In this document: piece by piece, positions 12,767 to 23,460 of the stretch
Layout: the number at the start of each line of letters is the position of its first letter
Position numbering within the stretch: position 1 is the stretch's first letter
From: Spizellomyces punctatus DAOM BR117
Lineage: Eukaryota
DNA: 64,000 bases
Reading direction: 5' to 3' (one strand)
Assembly: GCA_000182565.2 (NCBI GenBank)
Contig: KQ257454.1
The notes under the pieces: generated by a model
Seen by the model: only the letters and a program-made list of their open reading frames with translations
The model's database searches: none
What the model was told of the DNA's origin: nothing
Program-made: the position numbers and the translations under genes

Positions 12767-13142
12767 TGTATGTTATGCAAAAAAAAAAAGTGTTGTTGTG
12801 GTGGTGGTTGATGGTGGTGGTGGATGAAAAGACAAATTAAAAAAATAGGAAGAACGAGGAAAACTGCTGCTGCTGCAAGTCCTTTATATCCTTTGAAATT
12901 CCCAATTTTTTTTTACTAAAACCAAACCCTTTTCCCAAGTATAAATGCAAACTTCCGAAAATAACAAATCCCTTTTTCCTTCCATTCCTCCTCCACACAT
13001 CGAACATTTCCTTTAAAATACGTGGCCATTCGTTAATGGGGGGGAGCAAGTCACGTATTGGAAATGTCATCGGTCTTTTGATGACACATCCACATGCGCC
13101 ACGCTTTGCCACGCGATTTGTCATGCGGGTGACACCCAGAAG

Positions 13143-13571
13143 GGACGTGCGGAAGAGGCTTGACGCTTCTTGGCTTGACCAGATGTTTCTGTCGGTTTTT
13201 TTTATAAACGGATAAGGTTTTGGCCCACCCCCGGCTCTTTCGTCGGAGCATCTCATTTGGGGATGCAACTGTCGGAAGATCCGCAACCGATCGGCTTTCC
13301 ATAACAGAGTTTGCATGAATCAGCCTTGCCCGAGCATCGCTACGATACAAAATTCCTTCAGGTAACGGACTTGCGGAAGAGGCTTGACGAGATGATTCTG
13401 TGTTTTTTTTTATAAAGGATAAGGTTTTGGCCCACCCCCGGCTCTTTCGTCGGAGCATCCTACTTGGGGTGCAGCCGTCGGAAGATCCGCAACCGATCGG
13501 ATTTTCATAACAGAGTTTGCATGAATCAGCCTTGGCCGAGCAATGCTACGATACAAAATTCCTTCAGGTAA
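13143..13571. repeat. Tandem direct duplication of a ~205-225 bp unit (about 13143-13365 and 13367-13571)
   Basis: Both copies run GGACxTGCGGAAGAGGCTTGACG ... GGATAAGGTTTTGGCCCACCCCCGGCTCTTTCGTCGGAGCATC ... CTACGATACAAAATTCCTTCAGGTAA. Confidence 0.95.
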
Positions 13572-13872
13572 AGGGGCGCTACAGAAAAAGGGCTGGGCGC
13601 TAGTAGAATGGCCCGGGCGCTCACAAAAGGTCCTCACCGCCTCTTCCTTTCACCAATCCTACGTGGCAATGTTCGTATGGAAATTTCCAACGTATTCCTA
13701 GTGTCTGCTGTCCATTGGGGGCTTTGCCAAGAAAAGTCCGTCTCCACAATTTCATGATGAGACATGACGACGTTCGTGTCACATGACTGCGCGTGAAAGC
13801 GTGACTCATGCTTTGCATCCCAGGGCATTCCTTTGGGAAATATCGCAAGACACAAATCTCTCGATCTAGACC

Positions 13873-15405
13873 ATGGTGCCTTTAGAAATCACTCCGTTGA
13901 ATAATGCAGGTGGGCACGCTTTATCCCACAGTGTCTCATTTAGGATGGATAACAGCCTGACCCATTCTGTCTATGGGTGTACAGACTGGAAGCCGCAGGC
14001 TCGGCTTGACAAGCTTCAGCAGCAACATCCAAATGCCTCCCTTCCCGTCTTGGTCATAATGGTAGGTCGTTAGGGTAACCATGCACCGTGAAAGGAACTT
14101 CCTCCCATTACCCGCTGACACTATATGTTCCGCATTCTAGGCCTTGCTGGACATTATGAAAGACAGTAAAGGTTGGTGGAGGATGGAACTTTTTGGAATT
14201 GTGTCTGGTTCGCTCAACCGGAAACTTGGACACAACCAGCCTCTTCTACATTCGAGTTTCTGGAACATGCGAAAGCAGCCACCACTGCTTTCAAGCAGCT
14301 GCCCGAAAAGAATGCCTCCATGATCGCGGGCGCGGACCTGTTTCTTCACCCGTTAAAGACACACTCGGAACACATTCGAGTACGTAAGTTCCGATGCACC
14401 CTTTGACAACCGTACCTGACTCGAGATCTGTGATAGGACGTTGAGGATTGGAAAAAGAGCATCTTTGCTCTTTTCGAAAAACGCTTAGCAGAGTACGCCA
14501 AGTTTAGGGAAAGGGCCGCAGACAAAGGGCTCCAATTTATCAAGGATGATGCTGTGAGTAATGATCCCATCTCGTGTTCCACGAGTGTCTGAAAAAGGAG
14601 CTGATGGCTGGAACTAGGTTATTTTGGTGCACTCATATTCCCGCGCTGTGATGATGCTACTGCAAAAAGCCCGGCAAGGGAATAAGCGATTTAAAGTGTT
14701 TGTCACGGAAACGAGGCCAACGACAAGTGGGTAAGCAATTCTTGCATCAAGATATTAGCGGTTGAGGTGTGCATAATTAAAAAGTACCACAGTACGAAGG
14801 CCGCGGTGGAATTGAGGGCAGCAAATATTCCAGCAGAATTAATTTTGGATGCTGCCGTGGGATCCGTAATCGACCGAGTTGATATGGTTATTGTTGGTGC
14901 TGAGGGCGTTGTCCAGAATGGTGGCGTTATCAACCAGGTATGTATGTTGTGCAAGTTACTGCCCCTTTTCCGTCCGCGATCTCACGACAGATGTCCCTGT
15001 AGATTGGAACGTACCAAATCGCAGTTGTGGCAAAGGCAGCCAACAAGCCCTTTTATGCAGTGACCGAGCAGTACGTTGGAAAGGAAAGAGCACTAGGTAC
15101 TAGGATGTCCAACACTAACACGGCTTTGCTCAGATACAAGTTTGTCCGTCTCTTTCCACTAAATCAAGAAGACCTTCCCATTGCGTCACCGCCATACTTT
15201 GCCAGCTCGGAGGACAGAAATACAATAGTGGTATGTGAAATATTGTTATATGTGGAAATGTTGCCCGACTGACGCTGTCCGTTAGGCGAAAAATCCACAA
15301 ATAGATTACACCCCGCCACGGTATATCAGCCTTTTGTTTACAAACATCGGCGTCCTCACACCATCTGCTGTCAGCGAGGAGCTTGTAAAGTTTTACATGT
15401 CATGA
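13873..15405 (+). CDS. GCN3: Translation initiation factor eIF2B alpha subunit
   Basis: [68 protein letters not shown] and [28 protein letters not shown]. Many introns. The start is inferred from splice continuity. Confidence 0.92.
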
Positions 15406-15625
15406 TTATCAATTGTACATTAATTTATCATATGCGCTTCTCTGAGTATTCTGGTCGTTTTGCCCGTTATTCAAAACCTTTGCTGATTTAACTGAGATCA
15501 ACGCGTAATCAAAAGACAGCAGTCGTGAGTCATGGCAGCCATGGTAACGCCTTGACAAACTCGGGGTTTCGCGGTCTTTCAACCAGCTTCGCTGTGCTTC
15601 CCTGTCGTTCCCTTCAATTCACACC

Positions 15626-16570
15626 ATGCTCTTCCGCGCCGCCTCCCGCTATGCATGCTCCCTTCGGCCCATGATGGCTATTGCCGCACGGGCGCAAGTC
15701 CCCCGTGCGCGAGCTTTCACAGTCACCCCTTTCGCTCGCATGAGCCAAGGAGTTGTGGATCGCGATCTTGAACAAAAGCTCGTAGAGGAACTCAAGTACG
15801 AGAAGGAACAAGTACAAGGTGAAGAGGTCCCGAGTTTCCTCAAAGAGTTCCAGAACAAGGGGATCTGGAAGGTGGAAGACAAGCCGGGAGAGAAGGAGAT
15901 TTCATTGTCGAGAACTTTTGGCAACGAAAAGTATGTTTCAAGTCTTTTACGTTATCCTTACTTGTGGTAAGCAGAGGTTGATCCATTTGGGATTTTCAGG
16001 ATCACATTGTTGTTCAGCACCGACGCGCTAGTTGAGGCTCAAGAGTTTGACGAGGGAGCTTCGGAAGAGGTACGACTGTCATTTCTGTGTATTGACCTTG
16101 TGGGCAAAAGCTGATGCGCGCACTGATCAAATAGGAGGAACGCACATTGCCAGTAAATCTTTCGGTGATCATTCAAAAGCAGGTAGGTGTCGAACCATAT
16201 GGTGGATGTGCTCTCTACGCAATCTTCCTGATAATTTTGGCTCTAGTCCGGATCCACAGATCATGGTGCCCTAGACATCTCCGCCACCGCCCAAGACGGC
16301 TCATTTTTCATTGAAAGCGTTGCTTACAGCCCCTCTTCCTTCCTCGTCGTCGACCAAACTGCTGAAGGTGACTGGCAACGACGCGGCAGATTCGGCGGCC
16401 CCGTTTTCGCCGACCTGGATGACTCCCTCCAAGAATTGTTCCACAACTACCTGGAGGAGCGTGGATTGGATGAGAGCCTTGCTTCTTTTATTCCGCAGTA
16501 TGTGGAACACAAGGAGCAGAAGGAGTACACTAGCTGGTTGGACAATGTCGCAAAGTTTGTTAAGCAATAG
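15626..16570 (+). CDS. MAM33: Mitochondrial acidic matrix protein Mam33/C1QBP
   Basis: Mitochondrial presequence, EISLSRTFGNEKITLLFS, GGPVFADLDDSLQELFHNYLEERG and KEQKEYTSWL. Confidence 0.92.
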
Positions 16571-16749
16571 AAATGGGCCATAATCGCATATCGAATAGGA
16601 TTTTCACATTTGTGCTTTTTTGCATTATAATATCGTGATGCTAGTGTGGTTTTGCACACAAAAGACTGTGTTTATCACAAGCAAATGGCGTAAGCAGATC
16701 GAAGCCACGACTGAGTCAGACAGGTTGCAATTCCGCCTTCCCGATCGTC

Positions 16750-17831
16750 ATGCCCGAAACTTCGCTGTCGAAAGAGGATTGGCTACTATGGATGGTATCA
16801 GACTCTGCGCTTCCAACAGGCAAGCTCTCTGCTCACAGTATTACCAGCTCCTCGTATGCCTGGTCTAACGTAACCAGGAGGTTATAGGAGGCTTTGTCGC
16901 CTCCGCGGGTCTTGAAGCCGCCGTCCAAGCAGGCCACGTCCGTTCCACCCCCGATGGCTCTTCCCTTGTATCCTTTGTAACAGCTTCCTTACATTCGTAC
17001 GCTCATTCAGCTGTACCTTATGTACGCGCTGCGTGGCAGGCGTTGGACGAGACGGGCTTAGATGCGGACACGGATTCACTGCCTACGAAGCGAACAGATC
17101 GTGTGAAAAATGTGGTACAGAAGCTCCAAGTTCTGGACGAAGAATATGATGGGCTGACGGGTAGCAACCATGTAGCGAGACGTGCATCTAGGTATAGTGC
17201 TCCACTCATATTGGATCGAAATATTGAATCCTAAAGGTGGCCATATGAAATGCGCGAATTCAAGAACACAAGGCGCGGCGTTTTTGACGCTGCTTGTTAG
17301 AGGATTCCCTGCTGCTCACGGTGTAGATGTGGTTTCTGTGTTCAAGACGGAAGTCAGGGTATGCGTGTGGCTCGGGAGTCGATATTTTGTGTGTGTTTAG
17401 TAATTTGTTCTCTCATAGGCTTCACGAACGGCCGGACATTTACCGATTTGCTTTGGCGTAGTCTCCAATTGCCTTGGAATATCTTTAGGTGCGTTCTTGC
17501 TTGGTATGAGTTTGTGCCATCATGAAAATTCCTGAATTAAATGCCTGCTATATTTGCATCCTACACAGAACGAACGTCGCATCTCTTCCTCTTTCTTCAC
17601 GTACGCGCCATCCTTTCTGCCGCGATTAGACTCAACCTCGTCGGCCCATATCAGGGCCAACAGCTCCTCCTCACTCTTCAAAAGTCTGTTGAAAGCGTTT
17701 TAAAAAAGCAATGTGAGATAAAATCGGGGGTGGATGAAGAGATTGGGAGAGGAGCCTGGCAGACAGCGCCTGTTGTGGATATTTTGCAGGGTCTACATGA
17801 TCGACTGTATTCTCGAATGTTTAATAGTTGA
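16750..17831 (+). CDS. ureF: Urease accessory protein UreF
   Basis: WLLWMVSDSALPTGGFVASAGLEAA (joined across a GC-AG intron), ARRASRTQG, GHLPICFG, LFLHVRAILSAAIRLNLVGPYQGQ and QGLHDRLYSRMFNS*. Confidence 0.92.
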
Positions 17832-18233
17832 GATGTGGACTGGGAGATGATAATGTGAATTGACTGTTTGATGGCTTGGAATACCAAACTCGGTTGATTT
17901 TCAGATGTGGCATATGTTAAAAGAATCGACGCTGATACATTCTGAGCAAACCACAACGGTCCTTAGAGGGCGGAGACGGATATCGTTACCTGGCAAAACA
18001 TCGTAATGGGAAGTCATGCGAGCGCGTGGCTTTTGAATGATCGGAGCTTTTATATTGGCTAGAGAGCAGTGAACGAGATCTACATACCCTAGAGTTTTAA
18101 CTTGAACGCTCTATAGCTCTTTGACTTTTAAAAAGCAAATGAAGGGAAACATCATCAGAATCGTACTCTCCAAACGATAGAACGTGCAGCATCATATACA
18201 CACGTCTGCAAGATCAGGGTAGATCACTCCACC

Positions 18234-20099
18234 ATGACCATGCTATTACGCTCAAGATTCTGCGCCAATCTCCGCCTACCCCTCACCCTACCTTCCTCAA
18301 CTCGCCTCCTCACCACTCCAACATCTCATAATCGTGAACACGGGCATGCCGGAAGAGTATGGTCGTGGGGTATCGGGGTGTGAGTACTTGTCAAAATAAA
18401 CACATTTTGATATCGAAAGGCGGTAATCGTGCTCCTTTTGGTTTGACAGGGACGGTAAACTGGGACATGGCGATCAGAGTCTGGTGACGTGTCCTAAAAT
18501 TGTGGACGAGCTGGATGGGTGTCGAGGTATGGCATCTGTAAATGGGGAAATGGGCATGTCAAAGAAGGACGTTTGTGTGAATTGTGACAATTAGTTCAAG
18601 CAGTCTCCTGTGGAGCGACGCATTCTGTTGCGCTTTTGAAAGGTGTGAGTAACGGCCAGGTGTTTGCTTGGTATGTTGAGTTTGCGTCTATTTCGCTTGG
18701 AAGGTTAACTTGTCGTTTTGGCAACAATGTGGCTCATATATATGATGTTTTCCGCAGGGGCTCCAACTTTTATGGTCAGGTAATGAGCGAGATAGGGCCC
18801 ATCGATCATTAAGCCTTCTATACCGGCATTTGACACCCAAGTTCCAACACCTTTCAGGCAGGCTACATCCCAGAACATTCGGGATTTTTTGACGAAGACG
18901 ATGACGATCAAGTTTCGCTTCCCACTCGAGTAAAGGGCGAGCTGACGAACGAGGACGTTGTTGATGTTGCGTGTGGGGACTATCATACCGTTGCGTTGGC
19001 GAAAAGTGGTAAAGTCTATACCTGGTATGTACTTGCGCCATTCTCGTTCCGATGCAATCCATTTAACTGAACCGATGGGTGTATGATCAATAGGGGAGGA
19101 GGTCTTCTTGGAAATGCAAGCGAGCTCAACGACTCCAATCCCCAACCCCTAACTTTCTTTCACGACATTGGACGACGTGTCCTTTCCATATCAGCTCACG
19201 GACCCACTACAGCCGTCCTTGCCGTCCCATCCGGGAATCTGACAGCTCCTCTTGAAGTGTATGCATGGGGATACATTGCTGCCCCCAACGGCACGTTGCT
19301 AAAAGCCACCAGCCCCGTGTTGCTCGCAGGGGCGTTAAAGTCGCGGGTTGAGAGCGTCGTGGCTGGGAGAGGGTGTTTAGGTGTGATAAGTGTAGATGGT
19401 CAGAAGCGGACATGTACGGTATTTGGAGTTGGGGGAGGACGAGCGCCGAGAGATTTATTTGTAGAGCAAAAATCGGAGAACGTTGTGGACATTTTGGAGG
19501 GGCAACAGAGCGGGGTGGTGCATTGGGGAACTGGAATGAAGAAGATTGCTTTTGGGGATGGTGAGTTTTTCTTTTCCACACTGGCTTTCCGCGCATTCCT
19601 TAAACCTGACTTTTGCCTATGATGCATCAGACTTTGGCTTGCTATTACAAGGTATGGGAAGCCTAGAACGTTGAGTCCACGTCAGTCCACATAGCAGCTC
19701 ACAAATTCTCTCCACACAGAGAATGGTACCCTCAACACCCTTCGCCTCTCAAGCACCGCAACTGTATCAGATCCCGAACCGCTGCAACTAACCAACATTA
19801 TCGACATGTCCATCGGACCACAGGCAGTCGTCTGTCTTGATTCTGCAGGCCAGATATTTGCCTGGGGCGATGAGTTCTTGTTTTCCCAATCTAAACAAGA
19901 CGAACCAAAGAGCTGGTGGGAAATTTGGCGAGATCGGGGACAAGAGCAGCATAAAGAACAAGTTCAGAAAAAGTCGTTAATTGACAAGATTGTGACGGAG
20001 GAGCCGAGACGAGTTGGGGTTTGTCAAGGGGCGCGGGGTGTTGCGGTTGGCTGGGATCACTTTTTGTGTCGTGGATTGGATCAAGCGGGAGACATATGA
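18234..20099 (+). CDS. RCC1-repeat protein, probably mitochondrial
   Basis: VWSWGIG-DGKLGHGD, VSCGATHSVAL, VACGDYHTVALAKSGKVYTW and VAVGWDH repeats. Arg-rich N-terminal presequence. Multi-exon. Confidence 0.8.
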
Positions 20100-20569
20100 T
20101 GGTGCAGTTTGGCAGACTTTTGCAGGTTTCGTAAGTTATTTAGAGCAAGTAGTAATAGAGGGTGAAAAAGATGTGAATTTTGCAACAATATCATGAAATG
20201 GTGATTGGAATGTGGTGGTAATGATGCCGAGTCTGTTATAACATCAATAAACACCTGATATACATGATGGAAAGGAAATAAGAATATGTGTTGTTGTACG
20301 CATAGGAAAGAAGACATAAAAAAGACATATGAGAATAGTGATATGATAGCGCACAGTTTCTTTGACATATAGGAATATCTCGAGAAAACAATGACAAATG
20401 AACGTTCTCCAGTCAAATCCATATGTTAAGAGAACGCCAACACACAATGAAGACAAAAAAAAACAACAGAAAGATTGTACAATACAATGTGTCAGAAGCC
20501 CACCAACCCAAAGCTAGATTCCTGCCCGATTTCTCCCAAGGTCCACTAAATGAGCTATATATGAAATAT

Positions 20570-21041
20570 TTACGTTAGGCAGTCGAGGCAGCAGCAGAGA
20601 CAAGCTCCAAGGGCACTAAACAAAGCCAAAAGGTTAGCAAAATCGAGTAACCTCAATGATAGCCACAAAATAAAAAGACCTACCATCCATAGCAAAGTGA
20701 ATTATCTTTCTTTTGCGGAGGAGGCTGAGCGATAACAACCGAAGGTCCTGGCTGAGCATAGTAGCCACCTTGAGCGTTTGGATAACCACCTTGCTGAGGG
20801 TAACCTCCTCCCGGAGGTTGTTGGCCTGGGTAGCTTGGACTAGGATAGGGGGGTTGATTTGGTGCGCCGTATTGTTGGTAAGGGGGATACGCTCCGCCTT
20901 GCTGTGGAGGTGGATAGCCTTTATCTGTACGTTATTGTTTCGCAGTTAGTTTTGCTTCCTTGGGAAATGACGGCCAGATCTCTGCTTACCTTGGGAAGGC
21001 TGTTGTCCTTGATTGTAGTAGTAAGGCGGCTGGTCACCCAT
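20570..21041 (-). CDS. CYSTM-type cysteine-rich tail-anchored small protein (3 exons)
   Basis: Spliced product MGDQPPYYYNQGQQPSQDKGYPPPQQGGAYPP...QPPPQKKDNSLCYGCALGACLCCCLDCLT*. P/Q/Y/G-rich body plus a CLCCC tail. Absent from the ORF track. Confidence 0.85.
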
Positions 21042-21345
21042 AGCTGTGTGCTGCGGACGTACGTTGGGAGGGATGAGAGATAAAAGGGAAGGTTGAAGGA
21101 ATGGTGCGAAAACGACGGACGAGCAAGCCTTTATATCTGAGCGTTGCCCAGCCCAAAAAGCCGCACAGCTGAACTTTCCAACTTGGCGCGGCACAGTCAC
21201 TTAAGAAACCAGCCTCAGGGCGGCCTCAATGGGATCGCGCCGCTTGCGGCTTTGTTTACTTTGATAGGACCAGCCAGGCCCATCTGCTTGAGGTATAAAG
21301 TATATTTACAAAACATTACTATCCATGGCTCTCCCCGTTTGTTTA

Positions 21346-21885
21346 TTAAGCTCTATCCTCGAGTGCATAGCATTGTGCCAGCGCTCGTTGTATGTGTGCT
21401 TTTTGCTTTCCAGGCGTGCAGGCATTCCTCGCGCATTGTTGGACTATCCCCAAAGGGTTAGAACTAGAAGCATGAATAGGAAAATGGAGATGGGACTTAC
21501 GTGATGGGAGTTTGCTCAAGGAAAAGTGCTCAAGGGAGGCGGTACAATCGTAATAGCGGGATATAGGGCGGTAAGTGTTCTCAGAACTTTGGTATGGGTA
21601 GCTATCCCTGTCCTTGGATTTGTCGTAGGCTTCTGGATATGAAGGGGGCATTTTGTACGCAGCTTCTTCTTTCCCGCCCCCGTGATCTGCTTTTGCCGTA
21701 GACCTGAGATGTGATACTTTTGGTGCGGTGTAGTGACTATAATGCACTTCTATCGTAGTATCTTTGTATTCGCAAGCATCTCCACATCGATAATTCCAGT
21801 AGGATGGTTTACTTGTGGGATTGGATGCAGCCATCGCGGTCGTAAGGAGCGTGAGCCCGATCAGCGTTGTTGCATATAGTAGCAT
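21346..21885 (-). CDS. Small secreted protein of unknown function
   Basis: Signal peptide MLLYATTLIGLTLLTTAMA and 6 Cys. Probable in-frame 57-nt intron at 21444-21500 (GTAAGT..CTAAC..TAG). Confidence 0.6.
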   Translation of the reverse strand: MLLYATTLIGLTLLTTAMAASNPTSKPSYWNYRCGDACEYKDTTIEVHYSHYTAPKVSHLRSTAKADHGGGKEEAAYKMPPSYPEAYDKSKDRDSYPYQSSENTYRPISRYYDCTASLEHFSLSKLPSRKSHLHFPIHASSSNPLGIVQQCARNACTPGKQKAHIQRALAQCYALEDRA

Positions 21886-23303
21886 ATCAGATGTTCTATG
21901 AATGTTCTTAATGCGGGGGCATCTCGACTTTTGCTTTTATGACTTTGGGTTCCTCGTTGGCTGAATCCAGCCATAGCCATGTCCAACCACATCGTCTTGT
22001 TGAAAGAGTCCGCAGCTGTACCCTCAAAAATGCATATCCTGGGCTTTGATGTGCGGTGAGCCGTACTCAGCCCGCCATCCAAAGTGACGAGGCTGTGGAC
22101 CTCACAACGCGTCCGAAAGATGTCCGAAAGCGAAGAATCATCAGATGGGTTAGAACAGGATGGGGTTGTCGGGACAGCGAATATATTTAGGGAACTGCGA
22201 AGCTCACACCCATGCTTGTTATTGTCAGGCCCCCATATGACATATCAAAGGTTAGTATTACAGTTTGGTATTGCCATGTTTTTCCAAACCCCGTTGGAAA
22301 TTGAATACTCAAAAATTAAGCAAACCAAAAGGAATAAGAATGGACAAGGTACAAACCTACACAAATACATGCAGACACCATCAACGCTCTTGTTCTCAAC
22401 CCATTCAAACTCCAGTTATTGTCATATTTCAGTGGTGTTTCTTCCAAACTACTTGGATTAAAACTGTGCAGTTATCGTTTCATACATGCATAATATTCAC
22501 GGACAAGAGGCCAACTGATAATTAACATTCTCAAGTAGTGTAGAGGTGGCAGAAACTGGCACTAACTACTACACCAGGGAATAAACCGGCGACAACCGGT
22601 TCGGAAAAGCCAAGTAATTCCCTCCTTACAACCAACTACTGCTACTAGGCCCAATTACACATGCAATACATTACGGTTGTTCTAACCGGGTAACTAAGCC
22701 CACCACACGAGAGAAATCCTACTAAGCCCTTGATTCCGAAATTCTTCAGTCGGAGGATGTTTCAGATACTAAGGTAGATCAGAATAATTAGACTGGGAAT
22801 ACGCGTGGGAAAATACAAAGATAATGCATACCTGCGATCGTTGCAGCATAGTAGTAGCAGCGTTTGCAAGGGGTTATGTTGTTGTCGTTGTCGGGTGGGC
22901 GAGGTCCTTGACACCACCACATCTGTATTCTCATGATTCGACCGACAGTCGCGATGAGAAGAGTTGCACAGATGCTTGCGAGTCGAGGATGGGTAAAGAG
23001 GAAAGGGGAAAGAGACAGAAGGTCCCCCTTTTATAGACCCTCGGCATGCGCCTCACCGCAGTTTAAAAAAAAAGTTACATTAGCATGCCACACCGCTGCA
23101 TGCCTCACCGCTTTGGGCGACAGAGGGGGTGCTGATTATGCGATATGACTAACCGGATTAATCCGGATAATAATGAGTTCTAGTGCCATTTTCAATCACC
23201 GCCACACTATGTACAAAGTTTTGAGTACTGAATCTCAGTGTAGCTCATTACTTTACACAGTCTTTGACTCTAAGTAAATGATTGTACGCTAGATACTACA
23301 CAA

Positions 23304-23377
23304 GCTCCGCTAGCTCAGTTGGTTAGAGCGTGGTGCTAATAACGCCAAGGTCACAGGTTCGACCCCTGTGCGGAGCA
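23304..23377 (+). tRNA. tRNA-Ile (anticodon AAT)
   Basis: GCTCCGC acceptor stem pairs with GCGGAGC. D arm TAGCTCAGTTGGTTAGAGC, anticodon arm TGGTG-CTAATAA-CGCCA, T arm ACAGG-TTCGACC-CCTGT. T-run at about 23400 is a likely Pol III terminator. Confidence 0.97.
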
Positions 23378-23460
23378 GTCGGAAAAGTTTAATCCAAACT
23401 TTTTTATCAACGTTCTTGATCGCCTTCCATGCACTCTTTTGTTTATTTGTACACAAATTC

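Noticed and set aside
12775-12875. Poly-A, (GGT)n and (CTG)n runs
   Set aside because: Short low-complexity 5' UTR tracts. Unremarkable.
13143-13571. Possible CRISPR array or LTR pair
   Set aside because: Only two long adjacent units with no spacers, no TG..CA ends, no internal coding region, and a eukaryotic context.
12837-13637. ORFs with duplicated peptide segments (13051..13458, 12837..13316, 13410..13637)
   Set aside because: By-products of the tandem DNA duplication. Indels between the copies shift the frame.
18688-19145. Minus-strand ORFs of 124-146 aa
   Set aside because: Antisense shadows of the RCC1-repeat gene exons.
22084-22525. Plus-strand ORFs 22084..22461 and 22265..22525
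   Set aside because: Non-ATG starts, no motifs and no supporting splice pattern.
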